DNA of 64,000 nt from Lytechinus pictus (lineage: Eukaryota): NCBI RefSeq assembly GCF_037042905.1, contig NC_087247.1:59520001-59584000 (forward strand). Direction: 5' to 3'. Numbering within the stretch: the stretch's first letter is position 1; each line of letters begins with the position of its first letter. Shown one piece after another: positions 50,540 through 63,556 of the stretch. The notes beneath the pieces are model-generated. The model was not told the DNA's origin. It saw only the letters and a program-made list of their open reading frames with translations, and did no database searches. The position numbers were made by a program, and so were the translations under genes.

Positions 50540-51109
50540 TTCAAGGCTGAGGTGCAGAAAATCCAATTGCGCTAAGACTGCGCTGATTCTTTTTAACCGC
50601 ACATAGAATAGACCTTCCACAGCACTGTACATACTCCTGCACCATGTGCACAATTAGTACAAGTACCAACCTGGTGGACTGTACTCTAACTTCTATCTAA
50701 GTACGGATGATGATGATGATGAGAAGGGAAAAAAAGAAAGTAAAAAAAAAAAAAAAAGCGAAAGGATGAAGGGAAAGAAGCTTTTCATCCTCTCAAAGAA
50801 GGCTCCAAATAAAAGCAGTGGCAAAAGTCATTTTTGTACTTGTTGTTGCCCACACACCACACAAAACAGAAAAAGAAGAACCGGTTATCGGACCGCCCAT
50901 ATGGCCCATATGCATCCATCCTACCGGGGCGCCCGGGGCTATAATGGCATGGACAGGCCGCTCGAGCTCGGAGCCTGCAGTGTCGCGGCAGCCGGTAGTT
51001 AATTGAGCTGAGCTCCCACTCCAGTTTAAATTTCAACTTAACACAGTGCCTGTTACTTTCAAAACGATATACATAAATCTCCTTACCGAATTAAAGATTA
51101 GAACAGTCT

Positions 51110-51205
51110 CCCAAAGTCACGTCAGAGCGAGTAAAACGCCAATGTAAAGATTGTTGTTCAGCGACGTCCAATGCGTGGGAACTTTATTATGGAAAGCCAA
51201 TTACG
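51110..51205. promoter_or_regulatory. Candidate promoter: three CCAAT boxes plus a CRE-like site
   Basis: CCAAT at 51139, 51168 and 51197 (29-bp spacing). TCACGTCA at ~51117. Adjacent CpG-rich 50880-51000. Confidence 0.35.
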
Positions 51206-51736
51206 GTAGTTTGTGATCCGAAAAACCCTTGGAAATGTATTACTAGTTTATATCTCTATGGAAAAACCCCGCCTCTTCCCCAGCATGGTGTTAAATATAA
51301 GCAGTTGATCTCTATATCCTCCGAATTGATTTCATACGAAAATAGTGTATTTTTTAATGATTTCAATTTTTAAGTCTTTTTCTTCAACTAACTTCTGGAT
51401 AAACAATGCATATTTAATTCCACACTGACACAGTAAACATATTTGAAATTGTTATGCCACATCACATTCGGTTTTTCATAAGGAGGATTGACGCTTATAT
51501 ACATTTTTTTCATGTGGTTTATTGAATCAACATATTAAAAAAACATAAACACTAGAATATCAATGATTTTAGTAATGATAATAATAATATAATCAACAAA
51601 AAATAAAACATGACATTCACGTAATGCATACAAATACAAAAAAAGCAGCTTATAAAATTAATATTCATGTAAATACGAATAATATATGATGACAGTCATC
51701 TTGAACTCTTGTAAACTTCTATACGCTAAAAACGGA

Positions 51737-52920
51737 ACCCAGTTAACACATAACGTTATGATAACATTTTAGAAAGATCTTAGAAGTGCATAACATTATT
51801 ATTATGTTAAACATTAATGATATCAAGCAAATGTTTTGATGGCCTGACTATATAGAAAACATTTAAAAGACATTTTCAAAAATATTATTAAAACATCTAA
51901 TCAAAATGTCCAATCTTGATGTTAAAATGACATGAAAGAAACATTCTTAAGAAAACAAAATAACATTTTTATAATGTTTCATAATTAATGCAAAAATAAC
52001 ATTTTTAAAACGTTCTTAAGATGTTAAGGCAATAATATCTAATGTTATAAAAAGTCATGAAAATTATGTTTTCGAAATATTTCAACAAAACATTCTTGAA
52101 AAATGTTTTTCTGATGTTCTCTAATAGAAATAGTTCTCTATTAGAAACAATAATTTTGACGTTTTTGTGATATCATTTTATCATTTTATGAGAAACACAA
52201 ACTGTCATCATTGTAATGTTATATCTTGGATGTAAAAATAGCATTTTAAAAACGTGAATATTATGACAGTCAGATTTATTTATTTATTTATTTATAAGTC
52301 TTTTTTTTAGTAGGGTGGCTCCATCAGTAATTGGTATACTGTTGTCCTTGGAGGCCCTACAACAAAAATACAAACATATAACAAACATGGGTAAAATAGT
52401 GTACAATGTAAGTTGAAACGAACAAACTGTAAAGAAAAGAACAACACATTAGGGCCAGTTTATAAACATTATAAAACATTGATAATAAACATTCTTGAAA
52501 TGATATGAAACTATTTCAACAAAACATTTTTGGAAAATGTTTTTCAAAAATGTTTTAAAAATATATTAGAAACATCCTTATTTTTACGTTTTTGTGATGT
52601 AATATTTTTTGAGAAACAAAATAGCATTTTACTAACAGCTATATAATGTTTTACATATTTACGACATTTTCTTAACATTATTAAAATAACATGTTTAGAA
52701 CATTAAACGTAAACAGCACTATAATGTTTTTCAAAAAAATGTTTTAATTATATCAAAATGTATGGTTTCAGAAATGATTAAAACGTTTTTCAGAACATTA
52801 ACTTAAAACATCAGAAAGATATCATTGCAACATTTTATTAATATTATTAAAATTCATTGGGAAAATATGTTTTAATTTTTTTTATGTTGCAGCTAAACGT
52901 TAGGAAAATGTTTTATAGAA
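51737..52920. repeat. Degenerate AT-rich AAAACATT/AATGTTTT motif array, probably an old TIR-element interior
   Basis: Begins ACCCAGTTAACACA. Dozens of AACATT/AATGTT motifs in both orientations. Internal duplication (52060-52200 vs 52500-52620). Confidence 0.5.
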
Positions 52921-52923
52921 AAC

Positions 52924-52924
<1 letters not shown>

Positions 52925-53002
<78 letters not shown>
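52925..53002. repeat. (CA)n(TA)n compound microsatellite
   Basis: Directly visible. Confidence 0.95.
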
Positions 53003-53005
<3 letters not shown>

Positions 53006-55671
53006 ACATGAACCCATGAAACCCACTAGATCAAAGTTCAGAGTCTGTGCCTACATAATGGCAGACCTGTAACGTGAGACAATGTCGGTATCAACTTTTA
53101 GCTGTAGCAAATCAATTTACACACCCCTTGTTGCAAAAGCAGTCGGTTATAATCCCGGCATTCAATTTATACAAAATTACAACTGATTATGAACCCAAGA
53201 TGGTATTGATTTAAAATTTCTTGCAACACCGGTAGCGATGTACATAAAAAGAAGTTGTTTAAAAAAAAACAGTATTGCATATTAGGGTCATCATTTACCA
53301 AAGCTGGAAGATTGATTTTAATGCCCTCAACTGGAATTTCCTCACCTATATAGGCTTACAGTGGTTTTGTAAAGGAAACAAAAAGGAAAAACATACATGC
53401 GCATGCGGCCCTGGGAAGCGGGGGTTCTGAGGGTGCTGAAGCGGGGCTGAAGCACCCCAAGGATTTTCCTTGGGGGTGATGTGTGTATTATTTTCCACTG
53501 AGGCAGCACCAAGGGCAGCACCCCCTGGAACTTATGGAAGGTGTGACAAAATGGAGAAATGTATAAAATTACCTCCTTTTTTTTACAGAATTTTTTTTTG
53601 GGGGCATGTCAAATTTCTCGGGACGAAAATGACATTCATTTCGAAGTGAAACCCTTTTTTTTTTTTGGGGGGGGGGCTTTTCAAATTGACATCAGTACTC
53701 AATAAATTGGAGGCCCAATGGAAACGGTTTTGATGCGGGGGTGCTGGTTTGGAAGAAAAATTTGACAAAATTACCATTACAAAATAGGCCTAAGGGTGAT
53801 TTTTGTCAAGAAATATCAATAAAAAAAAAATACGTGTCACTAAAGAATGCAGGTGATTTTTAATTTCTACTTTAGCATACCTAACGATTTCCAGGCCGGG
53901 TACTGCATATGCCTATTGTGTATATACACACGCAGCACCACCCAACCAAAGGTAGGCCTATATCAACATAATACATTGGTATTATGAGAGACCGCCACCT
54001 TAAGCTTGGAGCTTGAAATTGTTGGAGGCCTCGAAAGGAAGAGTCGACTTACTTTGGACTATCTTTTACTGCACAAATAAATGATAGAAATATAACAGAA
54101 GAAAAGTGGACAGGAAAAAAAATCAAATGAGAAAGTATATATTGTAATGTTGATAAAAGTGAAAGTGCAAGTGCGGCGGGAGTGTATACGCCTACAGAGA
54201 AAGGTTTTAGGTTGTCGATCCCCGGGGTCAGATCTGACAACTTTCCTTGATTTTGATTGGCTCATATGCACTAGCTGTTAATATGGTAACTTGGATAAAA
54301 CATCCGAAAAGTCATTTTTGTAGAAGGCTCCCGGGGTGGGGCCCCATGACTGTGGGTTGAAGAAGAAAAAACGCTTCCAACGGGGGTACGTGTGATATAA
54401 CTCACTGAAGAAAGGTTCAACTTTAGCTTTGACCTTGACCAAAATAATGATCTCACACGTCATTAGGGAACCCACCTGTAATTATCTCTCCATAAACTCA
54501 TTTTTGGAAAAATAAGATTTGACAAAATATATATATTTTTTAATCATACCCTTGCCATCCATTTCCTGAAGAAAATTTAGAAAATATGTTTTCACCGATT
54601 TCAGTATTTTATGATTTTTTTTCTAAAATATTATAGGTGGCGCTATATCATAGTTACATTGCGTGCCCTTCTAATCCAACAGTAAGATAAATAGTCCGAC
54701 AAACAAATTCAAAACTAAAAAAGGTTTTACAAACAAATTAAATAAACCAGCTGGCCAACGCACTTATCTCAGTGCCAAAACATAATCAATCAATATAATG
54801 TTTGTAACAATAGATGGCGCTACAAAACTTATGCTCGTAGTGCCGTATTCGAAAAATGTCCGATTGTCCGCCGAAAGATGATCAGGATAAGGCGGAGAGG
54901 GTGGGGCAAGGGGCAAGAATAAAATTGATATCATTACTAAATAAAGGGGTTGGCCAGTGGCGTACCGTGGGCCATGGCATTAGAGGGGGGGGGCGAGCAA
55001 AAATGTTGAGTCATAATGAGAGTGCGAAGCGCTCAATAGGCAAAATAATAATAATAATAAATCTTCAAGAAACCAAATACCAATACCAATCAACTCCATC
55101 ACAGAACAACCCACACCAGCTATTTTTATTTGCTTATTATTCCAAATAAAATGTATGTGATGCATATGGGTAGAATAGATAATAAAAAGCTCGAAGCGCG
55201 AGTTGTATTATAAATTAATTGCTAATAATGTGGACGTTTTTAACGTCATTTCCTTTAAAAAGACCATACGAGCGCCAGAATGATGAACGCATTAGAGGGC
55301 CTAAGCAAATTGTGTTTTATTAAATTATGAGAAAAAAATGCTTATATTTTCTTTTTCTTTTCCTGCTATGTTTTCTCTTTCTTTCTCTACGGCCCAATTA
55401 TTATTCTTTTTGCTAGCCAATTAGGGGGGGGGGGGCACGTACCCCGTACACAAGTTAAAGTGCGCGGAAGTGCTATTACCCTATTATTTTCCAACATTAT
55501 TGATGAAATAATAGGAAGGGGGAAAAAGGGAAAAGAAGAAGAATAAGAAAAAAAAGTAGGAGAATAGTATTAGTGTGTTAAAATCGTAGAAATCATAGAG
55601 TGCTTATGATGTGACTATGTAATATTTTTAACTGATAGACTAAAAAAACCACATAAAACCACCTACATATA

Positions 55672-56487
55672 TAGTGCGTCCCACAAAAAACGAAACCGAG
55701 ATTTATCGATGATTTATCATAACTTAATCACAAATAAAATAGACAAATGACCTACCATTTTAAAGCTTAGAATCTCCTCTTACATCTGAAATTACTTAGA
55801 TTATTTTTCATTCACGCATGAGTGAGCAAAAACAATTTGAAGAGGGGATACCAAAAAGTCATTTGGCGGGCTGTATCTGGGTTTCAAAAAGAAAACCACA
55901 TTTTTAAAAGGATCAATATCTGCTCTGTAATTTGATACCATAATTACAGAAAATGGTCAAGAAATAACAAAGTTCTAGTTATTTGAAATAAGGCTTGAAT
56001 TTCAATAATTTCATAAAATGAAGAGGTTTTACATGCTAGCGTTCAAACTCACTTGACACTCCGTTTTGTTGACGATCAGCAATGTATTAATTCTTTTGTT
56101 AACCATGCGACAGCTTCTGTGGGAAACCGGTGAAAACACGTTTAATGAAATTATGGAAATACAAGCTTTGTTTCGAGGGAACATAACTTTTTTACCTCTC
56201 GACCATTTTTTGTCATTAAGGTATCAAATAAAAGAGCAGATATTGAACTTTTTAGGCATGTGATTTTCTTTTTGAAATTCAGATACCCCCCGCCAAATGA
56301 TTTTTTGGTATCCTTTCCTAAAATTGTTTTTGCTCACTCATGCGTGAATGAGACATAATCTAAATAATATCAGATGAAAGAGGAGATGCGAAGCTTTACA
56401 TTGGTAGGTAATTTGTCTACTGTATTTGTGATTAAGTTATGATAAATCATCGCTTAATCTCGGTTTCGTTTTTTCTGGGACGCACTG
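55672..56487. mobile_element. Tc1/mariner-type MITE with long TIRs
   Basis: TA|TAGTGCGTCCCA.AAAAAACGAAACCGAGATT ... AATCTCGGTTTCGTTTTTTCTGGGACGCACTG|TA. Inverted similarity extends roughly 250-300 bp. Confidence 0.9.
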
Positions 56488-56539
56488 TATAGATCAAATT
56501 GCCCCACGCACTCATGCCCATGCTTTTATATACACTAAT

Positions 56540-59113
56540 CAGTGGCGTACCTGGCATATTTCGTCAGGGGGGCAAGTGACAAGAATGAGCAAGGTAGGGG
56601 GGGGGGGGGTAGTAGGCATGGACGTATGTAGGCACAATTTTTTTCAAGGGGACTGATAATAATTGCCCAAATATCAACTTCACAATTTTTAATTTTCGAG
56701 CGAGCAAAGCGAGCGAACCTTTTTTTATATTATTATTTAGCCTTTTTACATGATGTGAAACGTGCAGAAATTATACATTCGGTCATATAATTACCAATAC
56801 AGTCCTCGTTGCCCTGCATTTTGCAGCCCACCCCCCATACAGGTTTGGATGTGTAGGTCTGGCAGTGGCACTGAAGGTGGGAAAGGTTACCCAGGGGTAC
56901 CCAATAAAACAGTTTGGATCTTGCTACTATACTGATATTTGTTATCGGGCGATTGCACTTTATTGTCGAAATTAATTCTTTTTTTATATATAATTCCAGA
57001 AATGAAATGTATTGGATCGTGATCGATATATTTCTAATCAAGTGGTAATTGCAATGTTTATATAAACATACTTCTTTTATTCCTCTGAATGTGTTCACAT
57101 TATGTTCCCAATTCTGCTGATTTGGAGACGTTATAAAAAAGGTATTTTACATTGAAATCAGTTAAAAATAATAATATAAAAATGATAATTGCGAGCGCGA
57201 AGCGCGAGCTTATTTTTTTCAAAAAAATTTAGACCTGAAACGATACATTTTGTGCCCTTAATTATTAATACGATGGGATTTTCCTTAATAAATCATGCGA
57301 GCGCGAAGCGCGAGCTAAAAATTTTGATATTCCTAACTGGACACTAGACATTCTAAGTAGTTTGACATGATGGGTATCTAAACAGTCATGCGGGCGCGAA
57401 GCGTGAGCTAAATCTTTTGATATTCCGACTTAAGAACTTGATATTCTAAGCACTTTTAGAAACCTTGAACAAATTGGTTTCTAACTGAATAATTAATAGA
57501 TGCGAGCTGAAAATTTGAGATATTCCCCCTGAAAAGTGGGCATTCTAAGCACTTTTTTTTTTTTAACTTTGAACAAGATGGTAGTTAAAACAATTAATTG
57601 GTGTGAGCGCGAAGCGCGAGCTGAAAATTTTTCATATTTCGACCTGAAAACTTTACATTCTGAGCACTTCATTTAAAGGTCAAGTCCACCTCGTAAAAAT
57701 GTTGATTCGAATCAATAGAGAAAAATCAGACAAGCATTATGCTGAAAATTTCATCAAAATCGGATGCAAAATAAGAAAGTTATGACATTTTAAAGTTTCG
57801 CTTATTTTTCACAAAATAGTTATATGCACAATTTAGTCACATGCAAACGAGAGAATCGATGATGCCCCTCACTATTTCTTTTTGTGGATTTATACATTAT
57901 TTCAATTTTTGCAGATTTGACAATAAGGACCAACTTGACTGAACCATACATGTTAAGCAATGGTAATTTAACATGTTCAGGGAGAAATAAAACTTTGTTT
58001 CACAAGGACAATGAGGAGAAATTAGAATATTTCATATTTCATATAATAAAATACAAAAGAAATAGTCAGTGAGTGATGTCCATCAGTTCCCTCATTTGCA
58101 TATTGACCGGAATGTGCATATAACTGTTTTGTGAAATTAAGCGAAACTTTAAAATATCATAACTTTAATATTTTACATCCGATTTTGATGACATTTTCAG
58201 TGTTGGATTTTTCACTTTTTATTCAAATCAAAATTTTGTTGGGGTGGACTTATCCTTTAATTATGAACAGGATGGAATTTTATGCGTTTGCGAAGCTAGA
58301 GCTGAAATTTTTGATATTCCGACCTAACTTGATATTCTAAGCAATTTTTTGTAACAGTGAACAAATTGGTTTTTAATGATATATTTTTGATTTTTTATAT
58401 TCCGACCTGAAAACCGGACATTCTAAACACTTCATTTAACTATGAACAGGATGGAGATACCTAAACAGTTATATGTGAGCACGAAGTGCGAGCTGAAATT
58501 TTTGATATTCCGGCCTAAGAACTGGATATTATAAGCACTTTTTGTAACCGTGAACAAATTGGTTTCTAACTAATCAATTGACGCGAGCGCAAAGTGTGAG
58601 CTGAAAAGTTTTGATATTTTAACCTGAAAACTAGACATTTATTTTAGGTATCCAAATAAAAAATTGATGCAAGCGCTTAGCGCGAGCGAAATTTTTATTT
58701 TTTAATTGCATTACCTAAAAGTTGTTCTGTACCTTTTTCCTGTCCCTGGTCAGCGCAGTCCGTACTCACTGTCGGTACAGAGAGCTCTAAAAGTCGCATT
58801 GCGTAAAAATCACAATTTACCGATAAAAGTGTATATAGTTTAATTGACATTTATCGACAAAGATGGTTGAACTAAAAAAACCGATTCAGTTGGAACAGCC
58901 CCGTGTGCCCGACAGTTTATGATTTTTTCTAACAGTCTGCAGTCCAGTTTTTGTATTCCCTTTCTCTTAAACTCTTTCTTCTTTTTCCCCTTCCCCTTTT
59001 TTCTCTCTTTCCTTTATCCTCTTTTCTTTTTTCTTTCCCTTTTTTCGCTTCCTTTTTTTTTAACTTGTGACTCGTCAGGGGGGCAGTCTGCCCCCCTGTC
59101 CCCCCTTAGGTAC
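56540..59113. mobile_element. Large non-autonomous TIR element carrying GCGAGCGCGAAGCGCGAGCT tandem units; right end runs into the gap
   Basis: Left end CAGTGGCGTACCT..CGTCAGGGGGGCA. Right end TGCCCCCC..AGGTAC[N], the expected continuation being GCCACTG. ~90-110-bp units at 57190-58690. Confidence 0.6.
57677..58256. mobile_element. TTAA-flanked MITE nested in a tandem-repeat unit
   Basis: TTAA|AGGTCAAGTCCACC ... GGTGGACTTATCCT|TTAA. An uninterrupted sister unit lies at ~58428-58455. Confidence 0.85.
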
Positions 59114-59256
59114 NNNNNNNNNNNNNNNNNNNNNNNNNNNNNNNNNNNNNNNNNNNNNNNNNNNNNNNNNNNNNNNNNNNNNNNNNNNNNNNNNNNNNNN
59201 NNNNNNNNNNNNNNNNNNNNNNNNNNNNNNNNNNNNNNNNNNNNNNNNNNNNNNNN
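59114..59256. other. Assembly gap (143 N)
   Basis: Run of N. Confidence 1.
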
Positions 59257-59806
59257 ATGAAGAATAGAAGGTCAACTTCTTATGCTTCAACTATTCCTGT
59301 GCTCTTAAAATTCACAAAAGATAACGTCACACATCTGTTATTAAAATCAATGTCATGCACCAACTAAAATTTTCAGTTTCCAATATTGATCATAATATCG
59401 TGATTAGCTCTATATATTTTTTCTTGATCACCACCCTTGTCATTACTGCTATTCAGATGATCTTCTAGCTCATTGAAATTACAGATCCCTGTGTTTGTTG
59501 GAAAATATTGACAAGATCCAAAAACAATGACAAAAATAAAAGCAAATTAGGCCTAGCTCTTTGTTATATTCAACCTTCACTATTATCTACTGTTGTTTTA
59601 ACATCTAAAAGTCAACTATATAACCAGACTGTAATAGAACGGGATTCTTTTAATTTTCTGAATAAAGCTATGCTCCTATAACAAAGAACAAAATTGGAGT
59701 GCGTAAATAAGAGATGTGATGAACATTGCATTAAGGCTTGATGACTTATGTATCATGTATGCGCCTACATAATGTCTCCAAATTCAAATCTTGATTACTT
59801 GGTAAT

Positions 59807-62445
59807 CATAGGCGGATCCAGTTTTTGGCGAAAGGGGGGGGGGGGCACTGCCAAGTGGCGCACATATTTTTGCAATTCACCGGCGCCATAAAAGAAAATG
59901 TTGAAAAAGGGGTAAAGTCTGACCCTGTCAAATGCTCTTTTCAAAATGTAGGATTTCCAGTCATGCCATTTTGCATGACCACACGCAGATAATATTTCCG
60001 GGGGGGGGGGGGGGGGGGGGCAAGACTCGAAAATTTGAAGTCCACTTAAACATATCTCATTATAACAGAAATATACATCAATTTAAACATATAATCTTTC
60101 TAAAACATATATAGAGAGAGATTGAAAAACTTATTAAAGAAAGAAACAAGCAAAAAGTAACACAAATTATGCATGTTATGTGCGATTTCAAAATCTCGTG
60201 TATTAACCCTTTTATTGCGATGAGGCCAATACTTTTGTATATTAATAGAGATACAAGTTTTTTTTTTACTATATGTATATATATATATATATACACAGGG
60301 GCGTCGATCCTTTTTTTAAGATTTGGGGGGCAAAATCATGAATGAACTTTCCAAAGGCGCTCGATATCACACAAAACAAACAAACTCACACAAACACACA
60401 CACACATATGCATATATATATTTATATGACTCATAAGATAAAAACACATATCTCACCAACAAATTAATGCGAGCGCGAAGCGCGAGCTGAAATTTTTTTA
60501 GTATACTGACCTGAAAACAGGAAAAAGGTGCCTGTTTAGGACTGTTTGTAGTAACTCATGAGGAGGATACATATCTCACTACACAGATAATGCGAGTGCC
60601 GAGCTGAAATTTCTTTATATTCTGACCAGAAAGCTTGATATTCTATGCATTTTTGGTACCAATGATTAAGATGGGTATCCAAAAAAACAATAGATGCGAG
60701 CGCGAAGCGCGAGCTTAAAATGTTGATATTTCGATCTGAAAAAAAATGACAGTTTAATGGACGTTTGTAATAAAGAACAAGATTATATCCAGCAAACGAT
60801 TATTGCAAATCGAAGCGGGAGCTCTTTTGACGTTTAGTCCTGAAAAAAGGACATTCTATTTACCTATTTAATCATGAAAAATATGGGGTTTTGCTACAGA
60901 AATGATGCGAGCGCGGAGCGCGAGCTGAACATTTTTATATTCCAATCTGAGAAGCGGATAATTTAAGCACGATTTTCAATAAAGAACGAGTTGTGTAGCT
61001 CAATCTCAATATACGACTGGTTGCGTAATTATACACTCCCGGTACTAGCAACGGGTTTTAGAAAAGTTTTGGGCTAAAATATCGAATCATCTTCATAAAA
61101 CACTATAGTAGCTGTCTTAAACTAAAGGCCATAGAGGTGGCACAATGTGGAATGTGTAAAGAAGAAAAGTGACTGACCTTTTTTTTTTATTAAAGCATTG
61201 GAAAATAAGATCAAAATTAAAGGATTTGCTCTATACGCTTTTGTATGATTCTGGGATTTTTTAAATAAATTAAAGATTTCATGACATCTGTCATTCTGTG
61301 GGCAACTGCCCCGCCCCAGTCCACTCTGTAAGGGCATGCGATAAGCTTTGTTATGACCATTCAACAATAAAATGTATAACCAGGTGCCGCTGATCATTCT
61401 TGACCGGCGCCGATCTAGATTTGGTTGGCAATAGGCCCTTCTTCATTATTCTACCGGTGCCTATTTATTGGATCCAGGGGACGCTGATTTAGAACAAGTA
61501 GTGCTGAATATTTTTACCGACGTCACGTAAGATTCAGGCAGCGGCAATTCATAATTGACTGGCGCCGATTATTCTTGACTGGCGCCGATTTTTAACCAGG
61601 TGGTGCTGATTATTCTTGTCCGGCGCCGATTTAGATTTAGGTGGAGCTGATTATTCTTGATCGGCGCCGGTTAAGACTCAGGCAGCGCCGATTTATAACC
61701 AGATGGCGCTGATCATTCTTGACCAGCCCCGATTTAGATATAGGTGGCGCTGATTATCCTTGATCGGCGCCGGCTACGAACTCAGGCAGCGCCGATTTTT
61801 CTTTACCGGCGCCGATTTATAACCAGATGGCGCCGTTTATTCTTGCCCGGCGCCGATTTAGATTTAGGTGGAGCTGATTATTCTTAATCGGCGCCGGTTA
61901 AGACTCTGGCAGCACCGATTTATAACCAGATGGCGCTGATTATTCTTGTCCGGCCCCGATTTAGATTTAGGTGGCGCTGATTATCCTTGATCGGCGCCGG
62001 TTAAGAACTCAGGCAGCGTCGATTTTTCTATACCGGCGCCGATTATAACCAGATGGCGCTGATTATTCTTGTCCGGCGCCGATTTAGATTAAGGTGGCGC
62101 TGATTATTCTTGATTGGCGCCAGTTATATGCAGGCAGCGCACTGCTGATTATTTTTAACCGGCGAAGTTGTTGGGAAAAGGGTAGTTAAAAGAAAAGATA
62201 AGGAAGATGATATGATTGTGCTTTGCTGGGGGATAGTCTTTCCTTACTGTTGCTAATATTATATCAGTGTATAATTTTTTTAAGCGGCGCCTTTTCTTTT
62301 CTTTCCTTTATTTTTATTTTTTCAAGCAGCGCCTTTTCTTTCTTTTACTTTTTTTTTTTTTTTGAGCGGCGCCTTTGGCGCCGCTCAAATATATGGGGGG
62401 GGGGGGGCGCGCGCCCCCTGCGCCACCCCCCTGGATCCGCCACTG
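59807..62445. mobile_element. 2.6-kb composite non-autonomous TIR element with a 5-bp TSD
   Basis: GTAAT|CATAGGCGGATCCAG ... CTGGATCCGCCACTG|GTAAT. Contains GCGAGCGCGAAGC units (60467-60950) and the GGCGCC satellite. Confidence 0.65.
61380..62165. repeat. GGCGCC-rich satellite with higher-order structure
   Basis: ~20-bp subunits centred on GGCGCC/GGCGCTGATT, grouped into ~102-bp monomers (starts ~61588, 61690, 61815, 61918, 62041). Confidence 0.9.
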
Positions 62446-63477
62446 GTAATGGTGTTGTTAACATAATTGCTTTTTTTAACCTGTCCTCCCACGTAGGGTT
62501 ACTTGTATCAGATTCAAGATTTAATCATTTAGTTTATTCTAACAAAGATAAATTCAAAGTCATGTTCAGTAGCAATCGTAATGAATCAATTTAAAGCAAG
62601 AACAAGTACCTACTGATAAAGGGAAAAACGTAATGAACTCACCAATTACAAATGGAAAAATTAGTTGTTGGAATCACACAAAATGTATTTATTATTATGA
62701 CTCAAGAGGAGGGTGTAAGCAAAAATGCCATCTCCATTCCCCATCCAATTGACGGAACAAAAGATGAGATAAAAGTACGAAGTATTATATGATAAAGGAA
62801 AAGGAGAATTGGCAAATTTTAGGTCACTATATCTAAATAAATTTTATACCTGTTTTTAATGAGCTACATATCCTGTTCAAGTCAATATACAAAAGAGCCC
62901 ACCGTGCTTCGCATTTTCATTATTTTGTTCAGTGAGATCCTGTATACCTTGACCCATCAGGGACAATTCAGGACTGTATATGAATTCACGAACATGGTAT
63001 CTCATTATACCAAAACAATGCATGCGCAAACTCGGCGCAAAACGAAATATTTGATATTCGGATGTGAAAACGGCATTTTTTGTGGGACCTCTTATAATCA
63101 TGAATACTCCCTTTTTTCTCCTCAAAGTCCCTGACGGACGGTCGTTGCGCATTTGCATGATTGGAATGTATATGACATTATGGTATATAATCACATAATT
63201 GGCCCATGAAAGCTTTAGATAACAGGCATATCATGTAAGAAAGCTCTACATATAAAGATATATATCATCTTGAAAATTTTATACCCATCTTTGAATGAAA
63301 AGTTGTTAAATATACCATCCTTTTCATTTTAGACAATTTCATCGTAAATCATGTATCAAGCGATATTTTTTTTTATCGTAGGATCTTTTAGTCTATCTCA
63401 CAATAAATTCAGCTCTAAAAGATTTTAGATTCACCAAAACCAGATTGCATCATTAATATCCCGTTTTCAAGTCATTG

Positions 63478-63556
63478 TATAATAATAATAATATCAATAA
63501 TAATAATAACAATAATAATAATAATAATAATATTAGTAATAATAATAATAATAATA
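63478..63556 (+). repeat. (AAT)n microsatellite
   Basis: Directly visible; produces the poly-Asn in ORF 63475-63816. Confidence 0.95.
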
